From: a candidate division WOR-3 bacterium
GTDB taxonomy: Bacteria; Hydrothermota; Tepidihabitantia; Tepidihabitantales; Tepidihabitantaceae
DNA: 64,000 nt
Direction: 5' to 3'
NCBI GenBank assembly: GCA_965648905.1
Contig: CBFGIT010000001.1
Span: forward strand, 149,107-213,106
Within the stretch, counting starts at the first letter, position 1, and the number at the start of each line of letters is the position of its first letter. The position numbers were made by a program, and so were the translations under genes. Shown here in pieces: positions 33,354-42,259 of this stretch. The notes beneath the pieces are model-generated. The model ran no database searches and was not told where the DNA came from. It was given only the letters and a program-made list of their open reading frames with translations.

Positions 33354-33728
33354 TTACGGACTCGAAGGCGGCGCGATGTTGAACACGCCGGTGCGGATGG
33401 TTTCGAGCACGCTCCGCGCGAGACCGCGTGCCACCCACTTCACAATGAGCAGCTCAGCCTCAATCGCGGCCGACTCGCCCGACATCCCGTTCCGGATAAT
33501 CCGGAACAGCTCGCGCCCGAACGCGAGATAGTTCGCGTACTGCGCGACCGAGACGCCGGCCAAATCCAGCACCTGCTTCACCTCCAGCTCCATCGCGGCA
33601 ATCAGGGGAAACACTGCCTGCACGTTAGCCAGCATGGCCGGACGCATCTCGTCCAGCACTGCCTTCACGCGCTCGGTATTGAACTTGGTGTTCCACCGCG
33701 CGATGCGCTTACCAGGGTCGATCGGCAT
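33354..33728 (-). CDS. Small alpha-helical protein resembling the rudivirus/Adnaviria (SIRV2-type) major capsid protein
   Basis: RBS AAAGGAGGTGA; 124 aa. Motifs R..RW..KFN, P....N.Q...P, V..VL...G, A.Y..FG....R.....SG and VL..I occur in the same register as in SIRV2 MCP (recalled sequence, not searched). Confidence 0.7.
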   Translation of the reverse strand: MPIDPGKRIARWNTKFNTERVKAVLDEMRPAMLANVQAVFPLIAAMELEVKQVLDLAGVSVAQYANYLAFGRELFRIIRNGMSGESAAIEAELLIVKWVARGLARSVLETIRTGVFNIAPPSSP

Positions 33729-33874
33729 ACTTAGTCACCTCCTTTCTCAGCAGTTGCCGACCCCGCAGGCGCAGCACCGGGCTTCGGGCTGCCTCAGTCC
33801 CGGTGTCGCGCCGCGGGCATCCCGTCCTTCCCGAATGAGAAAGAACAGTGGTCGAGGTACGTTGCCCTCGCCCT

Positions 33875-33911
33875 CACTCTGTTATACGGTTCCCGTGTCC
33901 GGACTTGCCGG
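33875..33911 (-). promoter_or_regulatory. Conserved bipartite upstream motif CCGGCA-N15-ACCGTATAACAGA (copy 1)
   Basis: + strand CACTCTGTTATACGGT-N15-TGCCGG; a near-identical copy lies at 43681-43717. Confidence 0.65.
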
Positions 33912-34086
33912 AGAAAATAGGCCGTCACACCGAGCCACCCGCGCTCCGTTTCCCGCACCGGCCCGCTTCCTTCACCGAAGAAGCTTCGACCAACCCAGCA
34001 GGACAGTCCTCGATCGCCAGTTCGGCGTGACTTGACACGGCTCGGTTCTCAGGCTACAACTTACTCATCCGGAAAAGGAGAAAAGC

Positions 34087-34311
34087 GTGACCAGTTTCAA
34101 GATCATCGTCGAGAAGCATGCAGACGGCTATGTTGCCTACCCGCTCGGTTTCAAAGGTGTCGTAGTCGGCGAGGGCGACACCTATGAGGCGGCGCTGGCC
34201 GACGTGAAGTCGGCGATACGGTTTCACCTGGAAACGTTCGGCAAGGACGCTGTTGACGCCGATGGGCCGATCCTTGAAGCCTACCTGACCGAGACGGCTG
34301 TGGCCGTCTGA
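34087..34311 (+). CDS. hicB: HicB-like antitoxin (UPF0150)
   Basis: IIVEK..DGYVAY.....[18 protein letters not shown]; promoter TTGACA-17-TACAAC at 34032. Confidence 0.8.
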   Translation: MTSFKIIVEKHADGYVAYPLGFKGVVVGEGDTYEAALADVKSAIRFHLETFGKDAVDADGPILEAYLTETAVAV

Positions 34312-34550
34312 TGTCCAAGTTTCCGGTCGATGCCCCGAAAGCGCGGGTGCTGAGTGCGTTCCGCGCCCTCGGATTCACCCTGGTGCGCGAACAGGAGCAT
34401 ATCGGCATGGTCCGCGAGAACCCGGACGGCACGCGTACACCACTCACCATGCCGAATCACCCCAACATCAAGGCATCGACCCTGCGGACCATCTGCACGC
34501 AGGCCGGCATCAAGCGAGAGGACTTTCTCGCCGCCTACACACGCACCTGA
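34311..34550 (+). CDS. hicA: HicA-family mRNA interferase toxin
   Basis: [27 protein letters not shown]; coupled to hicB through TGATG. Confidence 0.82.
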   Translation: MSKFPVDAPKARVLSAFRALGFTLVREQEHIGMVRENPDGTRTPLTMPNHPNIKASTLRTICTQAGIKREDFLAAYTRT

Positions 34551-34637
34551 CCGCCCGCACCGCAGGGCGCTACGCGGCTCGCCATCTGCCAGTCGCCGCG
34601 GCCGTTCGATTCCGCATCATGGTTTCCGGGTTCCGGG

Positions 34638-35237
34638 CTATCCTTCGCGTGCCTGGAGCGTAACTCCGCGTCTCTTCAGCCGCCGCCGCAACTGAGCAAT
34701 CGCCTTATCGCGCCGCCGCCGGACACTGCCCACGCTCATGCCCATAGCAGTGGCCGTGGCGGCAAAACTCCAACCCGCAAGGTCATGGTACATCATGGTC
34801 AACCTGCCTTCCTTGTCCAAAGCCGCGAACTCCTGCTGCACGAACTCGTCTCTCTGCTGCTGTTCATGAAGCTCCTCTGGACCCGGCACTGCCGGCACAT
34901 ACTGCGCGTGCAGGTTTTCATCAAAACCGGTGAACCGCGGGCCATGCCAGTCAGCAAGGACCTGGCTGGCAACCCGGCGCGACTGCCAGTTGAGCCAGGT
35001 CTGAAACGAAGCCCGGCCCGGGTCAAACTGAGCCAGCCGCTCAATTGCACGCTCGTGAGTCCGAATCGCGACCTCATCAATGAAATCTCGGCCAAGGTGT
35101 CCGTACCGCGAGCTGATGAACGAACGCAGCGCCTGGTCGCAGGAATTATAGATGGACGTGTACGCTTCAGCATCACCGGCAAGCACCTGCTGCACAGCAA
35201 TCCCGATATCAACTTCGCTCTTCCCACTTGCAGACAT
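34638..35237 (-). CDS. ECF-type sigma-70 factor
   Basis: GDAEAY..IY, region 2 with FDPGRASFQTWL, region 4 with GWSF..TA.AMGMSVGSVRRR..KA..QLR. Confidence 0.8.
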   Translation of the reverse strand: MSASGKSEVDIGIAVQQVLAGDAEAYTSIYNSCDQALRSFISSRYGHLGRDFIDEVAIRTHERAIERLAQFDPGRASFQTWLNWQSRRVASQVLADWHGPRFTGFDENLHAQYVPAVPGPEELHEQQQRDEFVQQEFAALDKEGRLTMMYHDLAGWSFAATATAMGMSVGSVRRRRDKAIAQLRRRLKRRGVTLQAREG

Positions 35238-35890
35238 GATAAAACCCTTTCATCGCTGGCAGCACGCGCCGGTCATCCCGCATAAGCCCGGTCAAAATGG
35301 ACACTTACCAGGACAACGGCCCCAAACAGGCAGAGGCCGCCCGGCCCCAATGGCCGGTCGCCGCGTTCTCCAGCGACTCGCCCATCGTACAAGACCCTAA
35401 GCCTGAAATCAAGCCCAAACCGTAAGTCCGACAAGCATGATAACACATTACCAACAAGCAACTTACAACATGGCGCGAGCGCTTTTTGGTAAACTTATGT
35501 TTACTGGGGGTGCCGACGGGGAACCGCGCTGCTGGTGCTCAACATCGGCCTACTTGACGTTGGCTCTTGCGTGCTGTGCGGTCATAGCAGATGATACATA
35601 GCTTCGGCACGACACTTGAATCAGGTACTATGGTACCTGTGCCTCATTAGCTGCACGCTGATTCTGCGCTCAGGGGATAGTCAACGCAGCGTAGCCCCCC
35701 GAGCGCGCGGCACATTCGGGGTGTACGGCCAGCGGGCCCGCTTGACGGCGCCGACCAGCAATCGCCGTCCTGCACGCTGCCGCCCGCATCTTATCCTTCC
35801 GCCGCTCGCCACCCGCCGCGGCAAGCCGTGGGTAACCTCAGCTTGACTTGCCCTGAACCCGGCCTATACTGCGACACCTATGAAGCCGCG

Positions 35891-36354
35891 GTGCAGGAGC
35901 GGAGCGCATCGGGGACACCCGAACAGCGAGCCCGCGAGAGAATCGACGAACTGCTTGAGGCAGCCGGCTGGGTCGTGCAGGACCAGCTTGAAATGAACCT
36001 CGGAGCCGGTATCGGGGTGGCGGTACGCGAGTTTGCCCTTGACACCGGGGTCGCCGACTACCTGCTCTTCATCAACCGTGAAGCCTGCGGCGTCATCGAA
36101 GCCAGGTCCGAAGGCGCGACGCTCAGCGGGGTATCCGACCAGACCGCGCTCTACCAGGCCGGCGTGCCCAAAAGGAACAGATGACATGGCTGGAGATGAT
36201 ACGCGACCACATCGCCACGAGCCTGCGGGTCGAGATGAGCGACCTTGAGATCTCGCCCTTCCACGACAAAGGCGGCCCGGGCAGAGCGTATCAGACATTC
36301 GGCAATGACCTCGACGGCCTGCTAAGGGAACTGAACGAGGTGTTCGCGCTATGA
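35891..36354 (+). pseudogene. hsdR: Type I restriction subunit R remnant (N-terminus joined out of frame to extreme C-terminus; motor domains deleted)
   Basis: Frame 1: PEQRARERIDELLEAAGWVVQD..GVAVREF..ADYLLFI..GVIEA. From about 36172, frame 2: EQMTWLEMIRDHIATS..PF..KGG..AYQTFG.DL..LL.ELNE (EcoEI-type R C-terminus). Confidence 0.82.
36259..36348 (+). repeat. hsdR 3'-tail direct repeat, copy 1 (copy 2 at 38860-38949)
   Basis: The two 90-bp copies align without gaps, 70/90 identical by manual count. Confidence 0.85.
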
Positions 36355-38840
36355 ACCAGGACGTATTTGGTCTCCTGCGGGCGATATTTGAGCTTGCTAG
36401 GGAGGCTCAAGAACCGTGGGTTCGCTACACACGACTTGCGCGCCGCCTGTATGGCTCGGACGAATACACCGATGCCGTGAAGGCCTGGGTTAGTACACCC
36501 GACGTGTGCACGTTCGTTGTAGTCGCTCGCTGGGCGGTCAAACTGACCGAGGCCGGTATTCGAGTGGCCGCTGCCCCACCAGATGGACCTCCGCCCGGAT
36601 CTGGTCCCGACGTGGCAGAAGTGGCAGCGGCGGTACTCAGTTATCAGGAAGGGTTGCGTGACATACGGTTCACGGTTGAAGAAGCGCACCGCGTGCAGCG
36701 TCACGCATCGGGCGGCGGCCGCGTTGTTCAGGCCCTGCTCGTTCAGGCATCCGATGAGCGCCTAGCGACGGGCACCCCCGTAAGGTACCGGGCGACGGTG
36801 TCAGGTTGGACCACCGACGGCAAAATAGTGGGCCAAGAGCCGGACGGTGCAAGAGTGTACGCGGCGCTCAGGAGCGAAATTCTGCCGAACGACATACCCG
36901 GTACGTTGACGGTCGACAGAGCCTTCCTGCTGCGCGGGCTTCAACAGCGTCTGGCTGCGCTGACGGAGATGCCACCTCTCGTCCGCAGTTTGCTTCAAGG
37001 TGCGCCCCACGGAGCGACCGGGTTGTCAGCGGACGACGCAATCGACCTTGCCGGCGGGCTTGCGCGGCTTGCAGCGCCTTGGGCTAGATTCCTATGGGGG
37101 CCGCCCGGGGCAGGCAAGACCTACTGCATCGGCTCGCTGCTTGCCAAGCTGCTGCCTGACCATCCCGGTGAGCGACACTTGGTGGTGGCGCCCTCGAACC
37201 GGGCGGCCGACGTCGCAACCCTTGAGTTCCTCAAACACTGCGGGGCCGAGAATCTGCGCTCCATGATCAATGATCGTCGAATCCTACGATTCGGCTACCC
37301 TCGCATGAGCGACGTGATTGAGGACGCTCGTTTGCGCGGGCCGGTCGAACTCGACGAACTCGCGGACGAAGAGCAGAAGGTATCACGGCGACTAAGGGAG
37401 GCGGAGAAGGCTCACCAGTCCGAGGAGGATCTTTCCGCGTTGCGGGCCGAGATGCTGGACGTTCAGGAGAGGCTGCGCGAGGCCGTCCGACAACACGTGC
37501 AAGGCTGCTCGGTGGTCTTCACCACCAGTACAATGGCTTACCTGGTCTCTGAAAGCAATCCGGTCGCTGACCTCCAGTGGGACAGCGTGTTCGTTGACGA
37601 GGCGACGATGGTGCCACCGGCGCAGTGTGTCTACCTTGGATCACTCGCGACGCGCCGTTTCTTGCTCGCAGGTGACCCGCGGCAGCTCGGTCCGGTTTTC
37701 GAGTCCAAAGCAGCCACCGCTGCTACCGAGCAATGGTTGAAGCGGGACGTGTTTGAGACGACCGGTGTCATGCGCGGCGTAGGGGACGCGCATCTGGGTG
37801 ACGGGCGTCTCACGCTCATCGACTCGCAGCGCCGCTGCAGTCGCGGCATATGGACACGGGTGCAGTCGCTGTACCCCAGTGTTGCGTGCAATGTCGATGA
37901 CGCGGCCGTGCTGTGGATATCGAGACTACCGCCAAATCCGCACAGACCGGTCGTGCTGATGGATACGTCCGGAGACCAAGAGGCAATCTGCGAGAGGATA
38001 CATGGAAGCTGGAGGAATGCGGGGACCGCGAAGCTCGCCATGGAAGTGGCCTGCGCTGCGATTGGGGAAGCCGAACGGACGTTACGAGTAGCCATCATAA
38101 GCCCGTATCGCGCGCAGGTCCGGGAGCTGCGGAAAATGCTCCGCGAGGAGCTCAGAGCCGAGAATGAGGCGTACAACGGCATCGATGTTGGCACGGTCCA
38201 CCAGTTCCAGGGCAGCGAGGCCGATTATGTCATCTTCGACCCAGTGGACGGCCGGGGGCGACCGGGGCTGGGAGCACTCCTTGATGGACCCTCGGGGATG
38301 AGGCTCGTGAATGTAGCTGTCACGCGTGCTCGCGGCAAGGTCGTAATCATCGCCGATAGGACGTGGATGCGAAACGCGTTCACGAGTGAACAAAACCAGT
38401 TGCTGTGGGACCTCACCGCGGGCAGCGGCACGGACGGCGTTCTCGTGGTCAACTCACCGAGCGGCGGCCCAGTGCAGCAACACACGGAGTCGCCTATCGA
38501 AAAACTGCTGCTCGATGCGATGCGCGAACACCCGGAACTTGATGGCATCAAGACGCAGCATCGTATACTGGACGAAGGCGGCGCTCTTGTGTCAAGGGCC
38601 GACTTCGCGTTCCCCGATATCAAGTACGCCGTGTACTGCGACGGGGCGCAGTGGCACCTGCGCGAAGCACGGTGGCAGCGCGACATCCGCCAGCGCAACA
38701 GGCTAACCAAGCTGGGGTGGGCATTCAGCGTGTTCACTGGCTCGGACGTGACCCGGCGTCCAGCAGAATGTGCTGAGGAAGTCCTGGATACGTATCGTCG
38801 ACTTCACGCCAGGCAAGAGGGCAATACAGATCCCGAATGA
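36351..38840 (+). CDS. SF1 (UPF1/DNA2-like) helicase with C-terminal Vsr/DUF559-like nuclease
   Basis: GPPGAGKT, APSNRAAD, VDEA, GDPRQL, ISPYRAQ, TVHQFQGSE, NVAVTRAR. C-terminus ESPIE..ADFAFP..VYCDG.QWH..RD..RN.L..LGW..FTG. Confidence 0.85.
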   Translation: MNQDVFGLLRAIFELAREAQEPWVRYTRLARRLYGSDEYTDAVKAWVSTPDVCTFVVVARWAVKLTEAGIRVAAAPPDGPPPGSGPDVAEVAAAVLSYQEGLRDIRFTVEEAHRVQRHASGGGRVVQALLVQASDERLATGTPVRYRATVSGWTTDGKIVGQEPDGARVYAALRSEILPNDIPGTLTVDRAFLLRGLQQRLAALTEMPPLVRSLLQGAPHGATGLSADDAIDLAGGLARLAAPWARFLWGPPGAGKTYCIGSLLAKLLPDHPGERHLVVAPSNRAADVATLEFLKHCGAENLRSMINDRRILRFGYPRMSDVIEDARLRGPVELDELADEEQKVSRRLREAEKAHQSEEDLSALRAEMLDVQERLREAVRQHVQGCSVVFTTSTMAYLVSESNPVADLQWDSVFVDEATMVPPAQCVYLGSLATRRFLLAGDPRQLGPVFESKAATAATEQWLKRDVFETTGVMRGVGDAHLGDGRLTLIDSQRRCSRGIWTRVQSLYPSVACNVDDAAVLWISRLPPNPHRPVVLMDTSGDQEAICERIHGSWRNAGTAKLAMEVACAAIGEAERTLRVAIISPYRAQVRELRKMLREELRAENEAYNGIDVGTVHQFQGSEADYVIFDPVDGRGRPGLGALLDGPSGMRLVNVAVTRARGKVVIIADRTWMRNAFTSEQNQLLWDLTAGSGTDGVLVVNSPSGGPVQQHTESPIEKLLLDAMREHPELDGIKTQHRILDEGGALVSRADFAFPDIKYAVYCDGAQWHLREARWQRDIRQRNRLTKLGWAFSVFTGSDVTRRPAECAEEVLDTYRRLHARQEGNTDPE

Positions 38841-38859
38841 CCACGCTGCAAGCGCGTCA

Positions 38860-38949
38860 TTCCACGACAAAGACGGACCGGTCAAGGCGTATCAGACATT
38901 CGGAACAGACCTGAACAGGCTGCTGGAAGAACTGAGCGAGGTGCTGGCA
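38860..38949 (+). repeat. hsdR 3'-tail direct repeat, copy 2
   Basis: Encodes FHDKDGPVKAYQTFGTDLNRLLEELSEVLA and is followed by the RBS and GTG of the next gene. Confidence 0.85.
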
Positions 38950-38968
38950 GCACAGCTAAGGAGGTAAC

Positions 38969-40069
38969 GTGGAATTCATCTATGAAGTAGACCCCAAGGA
39001 CATGAATCTGCGCCGGGCCAAGTCCATTGCCCTCTCCGATATCGGGGTCAAAGAGCGGCAGGATATGGAGCAGTGGATTGCCAGAAACCCCGACGTCCTC
39101 GGCGAGCCGCTGCTGGTCATTACCACTGAGTTCGACAAGTTCGACAAGAGCTCGCGACGGCTCGACCTGCTCGCCCTGGACAAGACCGGAACACTGGTCG
39201 TGGTCGAACTGAAGCTCGATGCTCGTGGTTCGCACGCTGATCTGCAGGCGATTCGATATGCGGCCTTCTGTTCAACCTTGACCGCAGAGCAGGTTGTGGG
39301 CATGCTTGCGCAGTTCACGAAGGTCAGCGATGAAGCCGCGAAGAAGAGCATGGAGCAGTTTCTCGATGACGACGCCGAGCTGCTGAAGAAACCGCCACGC
39401 ATCATCCTGGCGGCCGGGTCTCTTGATGACCAAGAGCTCACAGCATCCGTGCTTTGGCTGCGTAACTTCGCGCTCGACATATCCTGCGTGGAGCTTACGC
39501 CATACCGGCTGGGTGACGGCAAGTTGGTGCTTGTCCCGAAGGTCATCATACCTTTGCCCGAGACAAAGGACTACCAAGTGATGGTCGAACAGAAGAAGGC
39601 GTCGGAGACGCGCAGGAACCAGAGTTCTCCTTATGCGGCGCTCTGGCAGAAGATCGCCGACGAGTTCAACCAGCTTAATGTGGTCGTTGCTGGAAGACGC
39701 TTCACCGCGACGCCAGGCGCTTGGCGATACTACTTCAAGGTCTTTCTGGGCCACAGCCACATTCACTACGAATGGAGTATCAGCAAGCGCGCGAAGCAGT
39801 TGAGAGCGTGCATCCACTTCGAGACATCTAACCAGCAAGAGAACTTCAGGTTGCTGCAACTCATAAAGGACAGCGAAAAGGAGATCGTACGCGGAGTAGC
39901 CTGGCCATTCGAAGCCGCACCATGGGGTGAAGCTTGGGCAGCCGCTTTCTTCTCCATCCAGTACTCTACGGACCCCAGCGACCTAAGCAAGGCTTCTGAT
40001 GCCGCCCACGCAATGGCGCTACTGATCGAGCGAACTTGGCCTCTCATACAACCAGCAATCAACAAGTGA
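38969..40069 (+). CDS. NucS/EndoMS-like PD-(D/E)XK nuclease with DUF4268-like C-terminal domain
   Basis: ER.DMEQWI..NP..LGE.LL.I..EF, RLDLLALD..G.LVVVELK, QAIRYA; aromatic-rich C-terminal domain. Confidence 0.75.
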   Translation: MEFIYEVDPKDMNLRRAKSIALSDIGVKERQDMEQWIARNPDVLGEPLLVITTEFDKFDKSSRRLDLLALDKTGTLVVVELKLDARGSHADLQAIRYAAFCSTLTAEQVVGMLAQFTKVSDEAAKKSMEQFLDDDAELLKKPPRIILAAGSLDDQELTASVLWLRNFALDISCVELTPYRLGDGKLVLVPKVIIPLPETKDYQVMVEQKKASETRRNQSSPYAALWQKIADEFNQLNVVVAGRRFTATPGAWRYYFKVFLGHSHIHYEWSISKRAKQLRACIHFETSNQQENFRLLQLIKDSEKEIVRGVAWPFEAAPWGEAWAAAFFSIQYSTDPSDLSKASDAAHAMALLIERTWPLIQPAINK

Positions 40070-40164
40070 CTTCTTCTTTGGGTGAGAGATCGCGCGAGCT
40101 TCCTCCCGGCTGGGCGTGGACCACGCTGGGCGAGGCCCTGAGGGCAGGGCAGCGTAAACCTTGA
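40066..40164 (+). pseudogene. hsdS: Type I specificity subunit N-terminal remnant
   Basis: GTG overlaps the upstream stop; ELPPGWAWTTLGE is the canonical HsdS start motif; stop after 32 codons. Confidence 0.7.
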
Positions 40165-40480
40165 GGCTCATCTTGGCCCGCAATACCCGGGCTGTCCGCA
40201 GTGGGACTACGCTGTCGGGTACGGTTATGGCAACCAGCCTGACGGCGTGGCCTACGTCGAAGTACACCCTGCTTCTTCTTACGACGTGGATGCTGTCATC
40301 AGGAAGAAGTCCTGGCTCAAGAGCTGGTTGGACAGGAGTGCGCCGAGCTTGAACCGTCTGGTTCAGGGTGGCTTCTATTGGGTGGCAGTAGGGAGCGTCC
40401 GCTTCCGCGCCGGCACACCGCAGTACACCAGGCTGGCGCAGAACGGTATCATCCTCGGTCGAGTGGCCCGAATTGGCTAG
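40142..40480 (+). pseudogene. 5'-truncated hypothetical protein (GSVNL..YP..WDYAVG..EVHPA..KK.WLK.WL)
   Basis: The frame opens right after a TGA at 40139, at the hsdS junction, and has no good start. It resembles nuclease-like partners of ABC ATPases (inference). Confidence 0.5.
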
Positions 40481-40561
40481 GTGGCGAGCGAGGACGCAGG
40501 CTTGCTTTGACCTGGTCAAGGTTGAGCAGAACCACCGGCGAAGTATACTGAAGAACACCGT

Positions 40562-41365
40562 ATGGCGCTGAACTCTACCATCGAGTGGACCCAAGCGACG
40601 TGGAACCCGGTTACCGGGTGTTCGCCCATCAGCGCCGGATGCGCGCACTGCTATGCTGAGCGGTTTGCCCTGCGACTTCAGGCCGCGGGTGTGCCGAAGT
40701 ACCGGAACGGGTTCAAGGTGACGACGCACGCGCGGGAGCTTCTGACTCCTTTGTCGTGGCGCAAGCCGCACATGGTCTTCCTTTGCTCGATGGGCGACTT
40801 GTTCCACGAGTGCGTGCCGGCGGAATTCATCCGGCAGGTGTTCGACGTCATGGTCAGGTGCCGACAGCATGTTTTTCAAGTCCTCACCAAGCGGAGTTTC
40901 CGCCTGAAGGAGCTCGCCCCAGGCCTGCCGTGGCCGGAGAATGTCTGGATGGGCGTGACGGTTGAGGACAGCCGGTGCGTCAGCCGCATCGCCGACCTGT
41001 GTGCCACAGGCGCGAAAGTCAGATTCCTGTCCTGCGAGCCGCTGATTGGCGATGTCGGGCATCTTCCGCTGGACGGCATTCACTGGGTGATCGTCGGCGG
41101 CGAGTCCGGCCCGGGCGCAAGGGTGATGCGCAAGGAATGGGTGCTGTCAATCAGGAACCAGTGCGAGCTGGCGGGCGTGCCGTTTTTCTTCAAGCAGTGG
41201 GGCGGCACCAGGAAGCACCTGAATGGCCGGTCCCTGGAGGGCAGGGACTACAGCAACATGCCGGAGGTCATGCCGGTGCCCACACCCGTGCACCGGGCTG
41301 CGATGTCGAGGCCTTCAACACTGGAACTGCCGCTGGCGGCCGGCGCAGTCCTCAGGCCGGGATGA
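40562..41365 (+). CDS. DUF5131 / phage Gp37Gp68-family protein (radical SAM-like)
   Basis: IEWT.ATWNPVTGC..IS.GC.HCYAE, SMGDLFH, FQVLTKR, WVIVGGESG, FFKQWGG. Confidence 0.9.
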   Translation: MALNSTIEWTQATWNPVTGCSPISAGCAHCYAERFALRLQAAGVPKYRNGFKVTTHARELLTPLSWRKPHMVFLCSMGDLFHECVPAEFIRQVFDVMVRCRQHVFQVLTKRSFRLKELAPGLPWPENVWMGVTVEDSRCVSRIADLCATGAKVRFLSCEPLIGDVGHLPLDGIHWVIVGGESGPGARVMRKEWVLSIRNQCELAGVPFFFKQWGGTRKHLNGRSLEGRDYSNMPEVMPVPTPVHRAAMSRPSTLELPLAAGAVLRPG

Positions 41366-41586
41366 CAAGCGGGGGTGAACAGCGATGAACAGAGAGCGCG
41401 CTCATCGTTGGCGCACGGGTCGCGGGGCGGGGGATTATTCCGAAAGTGCTTGACCATACCCCGACGGGGGCTATCATTAGTCGCGTCTGGGATGAGTCGC
41501 CTGGCTTCTCGTCTCGGGGCTTTCAGCCCCGACCCAGTCGCCATATCTTTCGGAGTCTTGCTCGTCGACCTCTCGCGCGGATGATA

Positions 41587-41700
41587 TTGACACGACGCGC
41601 TGCTGACGTACAATAGATGGGTATTAACTCCCGCCCTTGCTACGCAATGGCGGCCAATTACCACCCGGAGGTTGCTCTGCAACCTCCGGTTACTTTTTCA
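41587..41700 (+). promoter_or_regulatory. Promoter and structured 5' leader of the NYN gene
   Basis: TTGACA-16-TACAAT, then hairpins CCGCC-CTTGC-TAC-GCAA-TGGCGG and CCGGAGGTTGC-TCT-GCAACCTCCGG followed by TTACTTTTT. Confidence 0.6.
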
Positions 41701-41714
41701 GAGGAGGACCGGCA

Positions 41715-42257
41715 ATGGCAGACAGGGTGTCCATCTTCATGGACGGCAGCAACTTCTACCACGGGTGCCGCAATTCGCTGCCGCCAGGCACGAACGTCGA
41801 CTTCGCCCGATTCGCGCGTAAGCTCGTCGGAAATCGCCAGCTTGTACGCGTCTATTTCTATACCGCGGTTGTGCGGCGCGAGGATGGCGAGCAGCGCTAC
41901 GCAGACCAGCAACGATTCATCGAAAGGCTCAACCATCTGGACTTCTTTCAGGTGAAGCTCGGACGTCTCATGCGACGTGGTGACACCGTTGTAGAGAAGG
42001 GCGTGGACGTGAACATCGCGGTTGACTTGCTGAAGTACGCAGTCTCAAACGCCTATGACACCGCGATTCTCGTGTCCGGCGACGGCGATTTCGCCACCGC
42101 TGTCGAGGCTGTCAAGGATTTGGGAAAGCATGTCGAGAACGCCTACTTTGAGACGGGGCGCTCACAGGAACTGCAGCGTGTCTGCGACCGGTTCATCCGG
42201 CTCGACCCCGAGTATCTGCGTGAGTGCACCTTCGAGCCGCGTCAGCCACGAACGTAA
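41715..42257 (+). CDS. NYN-domain (LabA/DUF88, PIN-like) protein
   Basis: IFMDGSNFY, EKGVDVNIAVD, ILVSGDGDF, L...CDRFI; RBS GAGGAGG. Confidence 0.9.
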   Translation: MADRVSIFMDGSNFYHGCRNSLPPGTNVDFARFARKLVGNRQLVRVYFYTAVVRREDGEQRYADQQRFIERLNHLDFFQVKLGRLMRRGDTVVEKGVDVNIAVDLLKYAVSNAYDTAILVSGDGDFATAVEAVKDLGKHVENAYFETGRSQELQRVCDRFIRLDPEYLRECTFEPRQPRT

Positions 42258-42259
42258 TC

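Noticed and set aside
33912..34030. A third 12-bp array upstream of 33354..33728
   Set aside because: Only scattered in-phase matches (33921, 33945, 34017), too weak to call by eye.
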